Shown piece by piece: positions 44,109-58,104 of a stretch of 64,000 bases of DNA. Origin of the DNA: Malacoraja senta. Lineage: Eukaryota. Position numbers and translations under genes: made by a program. The notes under the pieces are model-generated. The model was not told where the DNA came from and searched no databases. It worked only from the letters and a program-made list of their open reading frames with translations. Location of the stretch: the NCBI GenBank assembly GCA_038087875.1, contig CM075987.1, positions 23,004,001-23,068,000 on the forward strand, given 5' to 3'. Position 1 is the stretch's first letter. Every line of letters starts with the position of its first letter.

Positions 44109-46189
44109 ATATTTGGGATGATGAGGGGTAAAGAGTCTGACCATCGTCAGTGGACCTGCTTCTCTGCCTGTTTCTGCACCAACGTTCATGGTTTGTTTAA
44201 CTGGAGGGATGCTGGCAGAGTTGAAAACTTTATCCCAAGTCCCTAGAGACTGACATTTAGAATTATAGAGCTTTAGGTATCTGTTTTAGATTTCAGAATT
44301 TATAGTTTTTGTGATCTACATTATTTCAGAATTACAGCCGTGGGAGTTCACAGTGTTCTAGATTTACAGTCTTTCCACTTTGCAGTATTTCTAGGTGCCA
44401 GCTGATAACTGTATGGGGACACTAAATCCAAGATGCATTCCACTTCAGCTTTCATGCAATTTTTTCTTCCGTTGCCTTCGTTTAATTCATTTGTCTTTTC
44501 TTGACTTGCTTTTTGCCCTTAATTCTGGGGAATCAACAAAATGTGTACAAAATTACTGATAAACATCGCCTGATTGATGACAACTTTAAATGAAATATCA
44601 GGTCTTCAAATTCTTCTGCTACAACAAAGGAAATTAATTTCAAAGTATCATGGACACTTCCCAGTACCAAGCAAAGGAAAGGGCGTGAGATTGTGTGCGA
44701 CATGCCTGGCCTTCGCACATTTGAATCATGTGTGACTAGGCAAGGAAACTGCACATTATTCACGATGCCATGCGAGATGCACGCAACACAGTGCAGTTAA
44801 ACTCTGATATTCTGCCACCCCTTGGCTTGGAAATTCTGATGGGCGGCACGGCGGTAGAGTTGCTGCCTTACAGTGCCAGAGACCCGAGTTCGATCCTGAC
44901 TACGGGTGCGGTCTCTACGGAGTTTGTACCTTCTCCCCGCCACCTGCGTGGGTTTCCTCCGGGATCTCCGGTTTCCTCCCACACTCCAAAGATGTACAGG
45001 TTTGTAGGTTAATTGGCTTGGTATAATTGTAAATTGTCCCTAGTGTGCGTAGGATAGTGTTAGTGTGCAGGAATTGTTGGTCAGCACGGACTCGATGGAC
45101 TGAAGGGCCTGTTTCCGCACTATATCTCAAAAAACTAAAAAAAAACGAATCTGGTTCACTCATTTGTACACAAAGCTCGGCTGTGTATAGTGTAAATACT
45201 TTCTCCTCATCTACCTATTATTAAAGCGTAATTTCTTTTACACTACCATATCTTTCCTTAACTTGCTTTACTTGAAGGAAAGCAGTCCCAGTTGGGATCC
45301 TCAAAGAACATGACTTGCTGTGGAATGGGGATGTCGAACTTGGGTCCAATGCATGATCAGAGTGAGCATGTGTTGTAACAGTCTGACATCTATCATCGTC
45401 CCATTTCACAACTGGAAAATCGATCAATCCCATTTCAAACCTTAATTGGCAACTCAAATGCCCATGAACGATGGAGATTACAGAGAGTACTAGACACTGC
45501 CCCGTCCATCACAGGTATTGACGGGAGATGTAGCCTCAAAAAGGCAGCCCGCATCATCAAAGACTCACCCCCCCCCCACCACCAAAATTTCATTTAACTC
45601 TGACCATTGGGAAGGAGGTACTGGAGTCTAAATACCAGAAGTACCAGGTTGAAGAATAGCTTCTTCCCCACATTCATCAGGCTCTTGACCACTGCACAAT
45701 ACTAAACTCAGCTATGAACTAACATTGGTTGCACTAGTATAGAGGTTATTAATTTATTGATTTTTTGTTAATTATGTATTATCTATGTGTATAGTGTTTA
45801 CAGCCTGTTATGCTGCTGCAAGTAAGAATTTCATTGTTCTGTTGGTGCATATGACAATTATACATGGCCTTTGACCGTTTGAATCATGTGTGACTCTGCG
45901 AGGAAACTGCACATTAGTGGTAACATTTCTCTGTTCCTGTGTCTTCCAGCCTCATGCAGAGCTACGAGAGCCTATTAACATCCATGATAAACAGCAGTGG
46001 TCCTCTGCTGTATGTTTACCTGGCTGCCTGTCACCATATTGAGTGAATATCTGGTAGAATCTTTGCAGAGCAGCTTCTCTGGGCTCAGGACATTGTATGA
46101 CTCGATATTCAGACTGGGAACAATGTATGAATACAGATGCAACTTGTAACAACGGTGAAGAAAAATACAGGTTATTGACAAGTTGATCA

Positions 46190-46970
46190 CTAGAGTGTCG
46201 GAGGCTGAGGAGAGACTTGATAGGAGTATATAATATTATTAGAGGCATAGATCAGGTAGACAATCAGATCCTTTTCCCCAAAGTTGGCGTGCAGGTACAG
46301 CAGGCAGTGAAGAAAGCTAATGGAATGTTGGCCTTCATAACAAGAGGATTTCAGTATAGGAGTAAAGAGGTTCTTCTGCAGTTCTATAGGGCTCTGGTGA
46401 GACCACATCTGGAGTATTGTGTACAGTTTTGGTCTCCTAATTTGAGGAAGGACATCCTTGTGATTGAGGCAGTGCAGCGTAGGTTCACGAGATTGATCCC
46501 TGGGATGGCGGGACTGTCATATGAGGAAAGATTGAAAAGACTAGGCTTGTATTCACTGGAGTTTAGAAGGATGAGGGGTATATCTTATAGAAACATATAA
46601 AATTATAAAAGGACTGGACAAGCTAGATGCAGGAAAAATGTTCCCAATGTTGGGCGAGTCCAGAACCAGGGGCCACGGTCTTAAAATAAAGGGGAGGTCA
46701 TTTAAGACTGAGGTGAGAAAAATACTTTTTCACCCAGAGTTGTGAATTTATGGAATTCCCTGCCACAGAGGGCAGTGGGGGCCAAGTCACTGGATGGATT
46801 TAAGAGAGAGTTAGATAGAGCTCTAGGGGCTAGTGGAGTCAAGGGATATGGGGAGAAGGCAGGCACGGGTTATTGATAGGGGACGATCAGCCATGATCAC
46901 AATGAATGGCGGTGCTGGCTCGAAGGGCCGAATGGCCTCCTCCTGCACCTATTTTCTATGTTTCTAATGT
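46190..46970 (+). mobile_element. CR1 LINE 3' portion
   Basis: KKANGMLAFITRG...[18 protein letters not shown]...[24 protein letters not shown] tail. Confidence 0.9.
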
Positions 46971-47100
46971 GGAAATGTCAAAGACTAGAGGACATGGCTT
47001 GAAAACTGTAACGTTCAGGAACAGCTTCTTCACTGTTAAACACCACAACCTCATATAAGCTCTGAACTAGACTATTATTGTACTATTATTGTTCGTTTTT

Positions 47101-47240
47101 GTGTGTGTACGTATGTGTGCGTGTGTATATATATATATATATATACACACACACATATACACACACACACACACACATATATATATATGTATATGTGTGT
47201 GTGTGTGTGTGTATTTGTGAGTATGTGTGTATATATATAC
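47101..47240. repeat. Compound (GT)/(AT)/(AC) microsatellite
   Basis: Directly visible. Confidence 0.95.
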
Positions 47241-50200
47241 AGACTGAACTTTTTGTTACTCTCATTTATTATGTTGTTTACAGTGTACTATGTTTACTTA
47301 TTCTGTTGTGCTGCTGCAAATAAGAATTTCATTGTTCTATCTGGGACAGATGACAATAAAACACTCTTGACTATGGCGAAAGGAGCAAAGGCTAATGGAG
47401 ATGTGTGGGGTAGGTTTTTTACACAGAGGGTGGTGGGTGCCTGGAACGTGGTGCCAGGGGTGGTGGTGAACAGATACGATAGTGACATTAAAGAGGCTTT
47501 TATTCGATGGGTATGTGGATATGTAGTTAATGGAGTGGTGTACATCACGTGCAGGCAGAGGAAATTAGTTTAGTTTGACATCATGTTCGGCCGAAGGGAC
47601 TGTTCCTGTGCTGTACTGTTCCCTGTTCTGGCATAATTGCAATACCATCGGCAGTCCCACCCAGTTGAATAATGGGGAAGAAAATGGTGAGGTCAGTTAT
47701 AGTTTGCGCACGGGTCATGAATGTAGAGATGGGAAAGATTGTCACAGTTGCAATGGATTTCATTTCTGAATTCGATGAGGACCATTAAGGGATGGCAGAG
47801 TGGCACTGGTAGAGATGTCGCCCTCACAGCATCAGAGGCCTGGGGTTCGATTCTAATCCTGTATAGAGTTTGCACGTTCCCCAATGTGATCATGTGAGAT
47901 TCCTCTAGATACTCTGGTTTCCTCCCTCTTCCCAAAGACATTTGTCGGGTTAATCGGCCGATGTAAATTGTCCCTATTGTGTAGGGGGGGGGGGGTGGAT
48001 GCGAAAGTGGGTTCACATAGAACTAGTGTGAACGGGTTATCAATGGTCACATGGGCTCGGTGGGCCGTGGGGCCTGTTACAATGCTGTACCTCTAAACTA
48101 AGCTAAAAACCATTTCAATGTGGTGACAGATGTTGACACTAGATTGGAGATTTTATGGGAGCCTGGAAAACCTTCATTTGAGTAGGTGGCTCATTCAAGG
48201 GAGGAGATGGGGAGATGGCTGCTCGTTTAGATTGATATAGGATGTATTCCTTAAGGGGGCAGGGGAAGACACTCAATATAGTTAGAGCTAGGAAGCAACA
48301 TTAAAATTTTAGAACCGTCTGATGGCCAAGTGGGAGTGTGTGGTTGTAATCGAGAGAATCTACCAAAGAATTATAGAAACTCACAGGGTTTGGTTAATGT
48401 ATCTCCACCTTTTGTTCATAAAAAATAAATGCCTCACTCTCAATTAGCTGTCCAGTTTTTCAAGTAATTATTTATGGAATCCGTGTCCTTCACTTATCTG
48501 AAGAAGGGCCTTGATCCGAATCGTCACCAATCCATGTTCTCCAGGGATGCTGCCTGACCTGCTGAGTTACTCCAGCACTCTGTGTCCTTTTGTCCATCAG
48601 GTGCACTGTTACAGACATGAGGTCTAACAAAGTGGGAAAAGTATCTCATCTCTTTGGATTTCAGATCTGTGATACCTTGACAGTGAAGGGTTGTAAATAA
48701 GGAGAGCCGTTTAGTGAGGGTGGAACTGAGGGAGACAGCTGCAAACTAATCGGCACTTTCACATCACGTTCTACAAATAGCTGACTAAATGCTCGTTTAT
48801 TTTAGTGATGTTCCTCAACCCATCTGGCGGAGATGGTGCTGGGGTTGGAACTGTTTGTTCGTGTGTTTTTGTAATTCCGAGTGTGAATATTTCCAGATTC
48901 TGCCTTAAGCACCATCAGTGTGTTGTTGTGTTTGTGTAATGCCAAGAAACAATTTTGAAGTACATATTGTGCAGCCATGATCTGATTGAATGGCGGTGTA
49001 GCCCAACGTGGGGGGAGGGCTCCAAGTTCTCTTCATGTACCTGATAGCAACATGGTGGTATCACCCAGAAAATAACAATTCTGGACACAAATACTGTGGC
49101 TCCAATGGTAGATTAGTGACTGGAAGGGGACGTCACCTGTGACTCTCCGAGGTCTCAATTCCATTCACGTGGCCTGCTGGTGTGGACTTGTCCAACACAA
49201 ATTCCTGATCCCAGGAATGATTGGGTTAACACATGATGAGTATTTGATGGCACTGGGCCTGTACGCGCTGGAGTTTAGAAAGGTGAGGGAGGAACCTCAT
49301 TAAAATTTACCAAATAGTGAAAGGCCTGGAAAGAGTGGATTAGTATGGGATTATGGGGAGGAGGCAGGAGAATGGGATTGAGAGGGAAAGATAGATCAGC
49401 CATGATTGAATGGCGTAGTAGACTTGATGGGCAGAATGGCCAAATTCTGCTCCTATTATTTATGAACATGAATGTGTATCGTCAAGAAGCTGAAGTCCAA
49501 GATAGGATGTCTGCTTGATACTATAGTACGCCTTAACCGGTTGTTTCCTCCGCCAATAACACACTATACATGCAAGGGGCTGAGCAGCAAGTTACCAAGA
49601 TTTCTTCAACAAACATTGTCACCTCGAAGCACAAGAGAAGTAGATATACGGGATACCACCACCTTCAATTTCGACACCTGCTGTCTTAAGAAAAATATTG
49701 TCCTTCATCATTGCTAGGTCAGAATGTTTGAGCTCTGATACTAGAGCAGTGCAGTGGTTCACCCAGACTACAGTGGTCCAAGAAGGGGCTCCACTGGCAT
49801 CTTCTCTAAGGCAACAAATGTTGGTCTTGCTGGGAAAGTCATCTACCCAATATGAATTTACCAAAAGGCCAGAAACTCATGTGGGATACCCATGGTTGTG
49901 AACAGTCAGGTACATGTTAACTTCCAGAGGGAGGGAGTGATGGTGTGGGAGAGCTGTACGTTGTCAGGACAGATTTGGAAACTGGCCCGTTTTCAGATGA
50001 TTTTGTGGAAGGTTATTGATAAAGAAGAAACAAGAAAGGACCAAGATAACTGTAAGAATTGGACCTGCAACTGTTTCAGCTGAGCCATTGACTAGATGGA
50101 TAAGAATGGAATCAGGTGAGGTTGTGGTCTCGCTCCAGAGGACAATGGTGTAGAGGCATTAAGGGAGGAAGACGTGCTTGACCCCATGAAGCTTGCTGGG

Positions 50201-52994
50201 TTTGGTCACAGACGTCATTAATTACTTTGATAACTAAGAGCCCTTTCTGTCCTGTTTGGAAGGATTCAAACACATAATTGTGGGAATGAAAGGAGTTTGG
50301 AAACAGGACATAAATTTGCATGGATAGGAGGTAGAAAAGTGCAATCTGAACTGCGGAATTTTTATCAAACTGTGTTGGTCATTTATAGATTCATACAGCA
50401 TAGTAACAGGCCCTTCAGCACAATTTGTCCATGCTGACCAAGATGCCCCATCTAAATTCCATTTGTCCGCCTTTGGCCCATATCCCTTTAAACCTTTTCC
50501 ACCCATGTACCTGTCCAAGTGTCTTTTAAATGCTATTATAGTTTAGTTTAGTTTAGCGATATAGCGCGGAAACAGGCCCTTCGGCCCACTGGGTCCGTGC
50601 TGACCAGCGATCCCCGCATATTAACACTATCCTACACACACTAGGGACAGTTTTTACATTTACCAAGCCAATTAACGTCTTTGGGGTGTGGGGGGAAACC
50701 ACAGATTTCGGAGAAAACCCCATATGTGTAAGAAAGAACTGCAGATGTTAGTTAAAATTGAAGGTAGACACAAAATGCTGGAGTAGCTCAGCGGGTGAGG
50801 CAGCATCTTTGGAGAGAAGGAATTCAACTCCCCCTCCCATTCCCAATCTGACCTTTCTGTCCTGGGCCTCCTCCATTGTCAGAGTGAGGCCCAGCGCAAA
50901 TTGGAGGAACAGCACCTCATATTTTGCTTGGGTAGTTTACACCCTAGCGGTATGAACATTGACTTCTCTAACTTCAAATAGCCCTTGCTTTCTCTCTCCA
51001 TCCCCTTCCCAGTTCTCCCACCAGTCTTACTCCCTCAGCCTACATTCTATCTTTGTCCCGCCCCTCCCCAGACATCAGTCTGAAGAAGGGTCTCGACCCG
51101 AAACGTCGCCCATTCCTTCTCTCTAGAGATGCTGCCTCACCCGCGGAGTTACTCCAGCATTTTGTGTCTACCTTCGGAGAAAACCCACACAGGTCACGGG
51201 GAGAACATACAAACTCCGTACAGCCAGCACCCGTAGTCGGGATCGAACCCGGGTCACCGTCGCTGCATTCGCTATAAGGCAGCAACTCTACCGCTGCGCC
51301 ACCATATCGCCCAGCAGTAGCAGTAGTGACTGCCTCAACTACCTCCTCCAACAGCTCATTCCATATACCCACCACCCTCTGTGTGAAAATGTTGCCCCTC
51401 AGGTTCCTATTAATTTTTGCCCTTCTCATCTTATACCAATGACCTCTGGTTCTTGATTCCCCTATCCTGAGAACAAAAGACTACATACTTTCACCCTATA
51501 TATTCCCCTCATGATGTTTTCCAGCTCTATAAAATCACCTCTCAGCCTCCTGCACTCCAGGCAATTAAAAAACTAGCCTGGCCAACCTGTCCCGATAGCT
51601 CAAGCCCTTGAGCCTGCCCACATTCGTGTAAATCTTATCTGTGTATCATACAACTGAAGGACTGAACAAACTGCAGGAGACAAAGGAATAAGCGGGGGTC
51701 TCGGAGACCACCTGGAGGATCGAAGGCTATTGGAGTCAAACTACGTCTACAAGAAGATCACACTCACCTTCAATGATGCAGAGGAAGAACACCACCCAGG
51801 TGACATCCCAGAATATTGTTTTATGCAACATCTTTAGCATCAATCAGGGTCATCACCAGCAATGCAGCTAAACGCAAATAACATGAATCAGCTGCTGCTA
51901 TTTCCATCTCTGATTTGGATATCCTGTTTTGTACGTATGTGAAACTGCAGGTAGTAAAATCTCCTGTGGAGACGAATCCTCATTACCCTTGCAAGCAATG
52001 ACCATCTGCAAAGTTGACAGAGGATAGAAGGCATCCGGATGATAATGCAGGATTAGACCGAGATATCCATAAGTGAAAAGAAGCTTACTGTTTGTCTAAA
52101 CAAGCAAATGTAATTCCCTGACAAACAATGAAGTGTGAAAGGTTGATTTGAGGATACAATAGTTATCTGCTCGTAGTCGCAAACATGAAAAGTTAACCTC
52201 TCCAGTGAAATTCACAGAGTTTGTACAATTGGAGGTTCGTATAATTATGGCATAAATACATCACAAGAATATACTGGGTGTATTTAATAGGGACTGTTAA
52301 AATATTAAACAGAGTCAGACTGAATGAGAACCCATGGTAAAACAGTGGAGGGGACTGAAACCAATTGCAGTAAGAGCTATAAGCAGCTTTCTCACAGACA
52401 TGCGTGACTAACCCTGGACTATATGACTCAGTGCCGAACCAGATGCTATCTTTAATTAGTAAATCATTAGATCATGAATACATTGTTCCCAAATGAGCGC
52501 GATAACATGTACGTAATAGCAAGTTATAGCTGACTGACCAAAGCTGCTGAAATCATGGCCTGCTCCCACACTATATTTGTATGTTCACATCAATTAAGGT
52601 AGCGATAATCTTCTCACATTCACACCTCCAGTTACAGCAAGTTGGTTCTTCCCGGCCTTGCTTCCGATTTACTCTTCACTGGATTCCAAGCCAGATAGGA
52701 AAGTTGGAGTGCCTGTGGCAAGTGGCAGATAAATTGGAATCTTCCTGGCATGTCCAGGAACAAAATTTAACAGAGGACTGCTGCATCAGTATAATGCTCA
52801 TAACAAGGGTACAGTGAACTGTAGATGCCAACATCTTGAGTAAAAAGCACAAAATGCTGGAGTAACTCGGTAGGTCAGGTAGCATCTCTGGAGGACATGG
52901 ATAGGTGATGTTTTGGGTTGGAATCCTTCTTCAGAATTTGTGTTATTTTCTACAATGTTAAAACCATTCTTTCGGACATCTCTGCATTCAACAT

Positions 52995-53460
52995 CGACAT
53001 AGAAAATAGGTGCAGGAGTAGGCCATTCAGCCTTTCGGGCCAGCACCACCATTCATTATGATCATGGCTGATCATCCAAAATCAGTACCCCGTTCCTGCT
53101 TTTTCCCCATATCCCTTGATTCCTTTAGCCCCAAGAGCTAAATATTACTCTCTTGAAAACATCCAGGGAATTGACCTCCACTGCCTTCTGTGGCAGAGAA
53201 TTCCATAGATTCACAACTTTCTGGGTGAAAAAGTTTTTCCTCATCTCGGTTCTAAATGGCCTGTCCCTTATTCTTAAACTGTGACCCCTGGTTCTGAACT
53301 CCCCCGACATCAGGAACATTTTGCCTGCATCTAGCCTGTCCAATCCCTTAAGAATTTTATATGTTTCTATAAGATTCCCTCTCATCCTTCTAAATTCCAG
53401 TGAATACCATCCCAGTCGACCCATTCTTTGTTCATATGTCAGTCCCGCAATCCCGGGAAT
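52995..53460 (-). mobile_element. CR1 LINE 3' fragment (another copy at about 55555-56005, +)
   Basis: ORF 53424-53125 contains [18 protein letters not shown]...TRGHSLRI. Confidence 0.88.
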
Positions 53461-56400
53461 TGCAAGTTATTCAGTGTCGATCCACCTGACAGATGTTTGT
53501 AAATATTACGTTCCCTCTGTTGTAACACGAGTTGCATTCAGATTGAGTTTTGGACCAGAAATGGTCAAGCTAATCAAGGTTTGATCTTACCAGTGTAGGA
53601 AGGAACTGCAGATGCTGGTTTATACTAAAGATGGACACAAAATGCTGGAGTAACTCAGCGGATCAGACAGCATCTCTGGAGAAAAGGAATAGGTGATGTT
53701 TCGGTGTCTGAAGAAGGGTTCCACCCCGAAACGTCACCTATTCCTTTTCTCCAGAGATGTTGCCTGACCCGGAGTTACTCCAGCATTTTGTGTCTATCTT
53801 TGATCTTATCAGAATGAATGCAAGTGCTTGAAGTGATGTCTGATCCAAAGTACACACCACCTCCTGAGCTGGTCTGTAGCTGTGACTTTCACATTCTGCT
53901 GAGTAGGCTAAGCAGCTAAATCCATCAGCTGTCTTGATTACTGCTCTTCATTGTCTGGATCTGCATAATGACAAGTCTCTATGAAGGTTTAAAATTATTT
54001 TATGGCCTTTTTTTCTTTCAACTCCTTTCACTGAGCAGGAGGCACTGCATTGTTTTTCTCACTGTGCATCTATGCCATGATTATACACACCAGGGCAAAC
54101 AGAGAAAAATAATTAGCAAAGTGTAAGCAAGAATTTCATTGTCCTATCTGGGACACATGACAATAAACTCTCTTGACTTGACATGCCCTGATTGTTCTCC
54201 AGATGTATGGGTTTATATGGAGAGTTGGCTCCATTTCTTTCCTGGGATTGAATTAATGTGGCCATATAAAGAGCAGTCATTCGAATAAGGCACTGTAGAT
54301 CATGCAACATCTGTGAAAGTGTGCTGTAAAGGGATTCAAGTAACAAATGCTTCCCGACATAAATCTATGCATAGAACAAAAATGTCAGACGTGTTATCTG
54401 GCTCAATTTTCCATTATGGTTTCTTTGCTTATAATCGAATTCTGTTTGATGGCTAGCAAGAGAAAGAAAAATGTCTTTATCAACCTGACTACTGCTGTAA
54501 CACTAGATTCCCTTGAAATAGCAAACAGAAAATTTCTTCATGTACAGCAATAGAGAGAAAGAGAAAATGGGACGAGTTGAAAGTGAGAGATACGATAGGG
54601 CCGTTTAAGAGGCTTTTAGATAGGCACATGGATATGCAGGCACTAGAGGGATATGGATCAGGTGCATTAGATCAATTTATCATGGCGTCATGTTCAGCAC
54701 AGACATTATGGGCCAAAGGGCTTGTTCCTGTGCTGTACTGTTCTATTGTCGGAGGGAACTGCAGATGCTGGTTTAAACCAAGGTTAGACCACAAAATGCT
54801 GGAGTAACTCAGCGGGACAGGTGGTATCACTGGATAGAAGATCAAGACTCAACCCGAAACGTCACCCATTCCTTCTCTCCAGAGATGCTAACTGCCCCGC
54901 TGAGTTACTCCAGCATTTTGTGTCTGTACTGTTCTATTTTCTATGAGTCTGAAGAAGAGTAGGGACGAGGCACAAAAGCAAAAGAGCGAAGTAGTGGAAA
55001 GAGGAAGATGACTGAGGAAGAGAGTGGCGATAGGCGAGTAAAAGAGAGACAGTAGATTGTTAGTGTGAGATCTGGGGGAAGTGTGGGGGTTACAGGAGTG
55101 CGGAGAGAACAAAGACAAAAACAAGAATGAATGATATCCATGACCTGGTGTTCCCAGCCAAAGAGTCAAGAAAAAAGAACCAACATCACAAGATTCAGAA
55201 TGTGCTATTTATTAGATAATTGCCAAGAAGATGTGGAACTGTATAATTTAAATATTTTCACATAATTTGTTAAAAAGTATGTGCATCAGTAAACCCCTCA
55301 GACAAAAACGGAGGAGAAATTTCAATATCACATGAAAATTGTACAAAACGGAAAAATTATTTGGCAAAATATACAGCAAAAAATGACCAGAAAAAAGGAT
55401 TAAAAACCCAAAAGTTAAACAATGTTCTTTTCTCTCTGCATCACCAATGAAGCACACTAAAGTATATTAGAAGGATTTTGTTAGTAGGCATTTAATTCTA
55501 AAGCTTGTGCGTATGATTCAGGGAATGATCTCAAATGGATTTTTACAAGAATGATTCTAGGAATGCGTGGGTTAGCATATGATGAGCGTTTGACCGCACT
55601 GGACCACTACTCGCTGGAGTGTAGAAGGTGACCTCATTGAAACTTACAGAATAATGAAAGGCATGGATAGAGTGGATGTGGAAAGGATGTTTCCACTGGT
55701 GGGAGTCTAGGACCAGAGGTCACAGCCTCAGAATTAAAGGGCACTCTTTTAAAAAGTTGGTGAGGAGGAACTTCTTTAGTTAGAGGATAGATAATTTGTG
55801 GAACTCATTGCCACAGAGGGCTGTGGATGCCAAGTCAGTAGATATTTTTAAGGCAGAGATAGACAAGTTCTTGATTTAGATCGGGTGTCAAGGGTTATAG
55901 GGAGAAGGCAGGATAATGGGATTAGGTGGCAGAGATCAGCCATGATTGAATGGGGGAGGAGACTCGATGGGCCGAATGGCCTAATTCTACTCCGAGAACT
56001 TGTGAACTCCCACCGAGCCAGCTGGAGAATTTAAATAGAGTTAGTTAAGTCCAGTGGAATCCCATCTCCACTCTAAGAACACGCTCCATGGCAACGCTAA
56101 ACAGGATAGACTCTAAACAGCAGACCATCCTCTGCAGTCTTGCCACCAGACCTGACCGACAAGACCTCGGGAGCAGATAGTTTGCACGCTGACGTTCTAA
56201 AACTCGATGCAGAAAAACGTCAGTCACAAGTCCACAACTTTATCTTCCACATCTGAGAAAAGCAGGAAATGTCAGCAATCTTAGAGAAACTCAGCGGGTG
56301 CAGCAGCATCTATGGAGCGAAGGAAATAGGCAACGTTTCGGGCCGAAACGTTGCCTATTTCCTTTGCTCCATAGATGCTGCTGCACCCGCTGAGTTTCTC

Positions 56401-58104
56401 CGGCATTTTCGTCCACCTTCGATTTTCCAGCATCTGCAGTTCCTTCTTAAGCAATCTTAGAGACGTGTTAATGTGACCTTCCTCAAAGAAGGAGACATAT
56501 CCAATTGCGTTACTACTTAACCAGGATCTCCTTGTTGTCAGCCAAGGTCCTCCACAGCCACTCCTCCCATTGACACAGCAGACTTTCTCCTCAAGCCTAA
56601 GAAGAGTGACGGCAGTAGCACCAGTACATGGCCTTGTTCTACCTCACTTAACACATGGGAATACATCGACTGGGAAGAACTGCCGAGCATTCTCCTCTGA
56701 TCTGGCTGCCTGCAGACATTCTGTATAAGTCACATTTGCTGCATGATGGATGGCCTAACCAATTACATTCACACCAGATCCAATCATTGCAGTCCAGTAT
56801 CAAGCAAGGCTGTGTAATTACTCTCGACTTGTTTTTCAGGTTTTCTCATCATGCTGGCTGCACCTCAACTGCATGAGTGCAGTTACTCTGCAAACTAATA
56901 GGAAACTGTTCTATTTACTGCAACCCTCTCTCCGGAACCAAGGTCAGAGCAAACACAACGCCAGCTGCAGTCTGCAGCCGATGCTTGTGTATTTGTGCAT
57001 TCAGAGACCAAGTCGTGGAGTGTACAACAGGATGGGGTTTACACTCAACATTTGCAAAACCAAAAGGTCTTCTAGACCAGGATTGACTACAGCAGGTACC
57101 GAAGTCCTCGCATCACATTAAACAGCTGGAGGATTTTAACTCAGTTAATTCGTGAAAATCCCTTCTTCACCAAGAGAACATGTTCCGTCATGTAATGTGG
57201 CACTGCCACTTCCCCAACCAGGATAGATTCAGTGACTCTGTGTTCAGCATCTGTGAAGAGCTGGGGACAAGGAAGGATCGTGTGAATTTGTGTGTCAGAA
57301 AGGCAGCAGAGCTTTGGGGAATCTGAAAATGCACCAAAAGTTGTGCAACAGAATGGTCAAGCATGGCACAGTCACTCAATCAATCATGCCCTTCAATATA
57401 GGCACAAAAAGCTGGGGTAGCTCAGCGGGACAGGCAGATTCTCTGGAGAGAAGGAATGGGTGACGTTTCGGGTCGAGACCCTTCTTCTTCAATATCCCAG
57501 ACTTCTCCGTAACCATCCCTTTCTCACTGGCTCAACATACTCATCACAACTAAGACAAACTCATGGGAGTGTGCTTTGGGGACTCGTCAACAGTGTTAAT
57601 TGTGGGTGAGGTCATCTATGCAGATTATCACCTACTATTCCTGCCTAGGCAGATGAATCAGTGCCCATCACATATGACTTTGGGTATAAAAGGTACCCGG
57701 GGGGGAGGGGGAGGGGGGGGGGGGATGGCATGGAGTGGAAGGGGTGTCCCATCCTGGAGTTCCTTTCCAAATGGTCAAGTCCAGCAGGACATGGCTGCTG
57801 AGTAATTTCAGGAAAACGACACAAAAGAAAATCAACTTGACTGACCGCAGAACATCCATCCACACAAAAATTATATTGGTAAGACTGATCAATGTATTGA
57901 ATTTGCCTTCACATGGCTATGCTGCGGGATTCAACCACTGCATTTTGTTGAGATTCAGAGTAAAACTGGTAATTTAAAACTGGGCATGTTACAGCTGCTC
58001 TGGGACACAATCACAGTCTGCAAATTCATGGCCCAGTACGTCCTCATTACTGTTGAGGTAGGAAGACTGCAGAAGAGCAAATCTCTAAAGGTGTTGCCTT
58101 ATAA

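Noticed and set aside
46003..46125. Hairpin-AGAGCA-hairpin-ACA pattern
   Set aside because: The H box overlaps the stem and pocket-to-box distances are about 10 nt rather than 14-16; no convincing target.
51660..51840. Short coding-looking stretch (GLGDHLEDRRLLESNYVYKK...)
   Set aside because: No recognised homology or partner exons.
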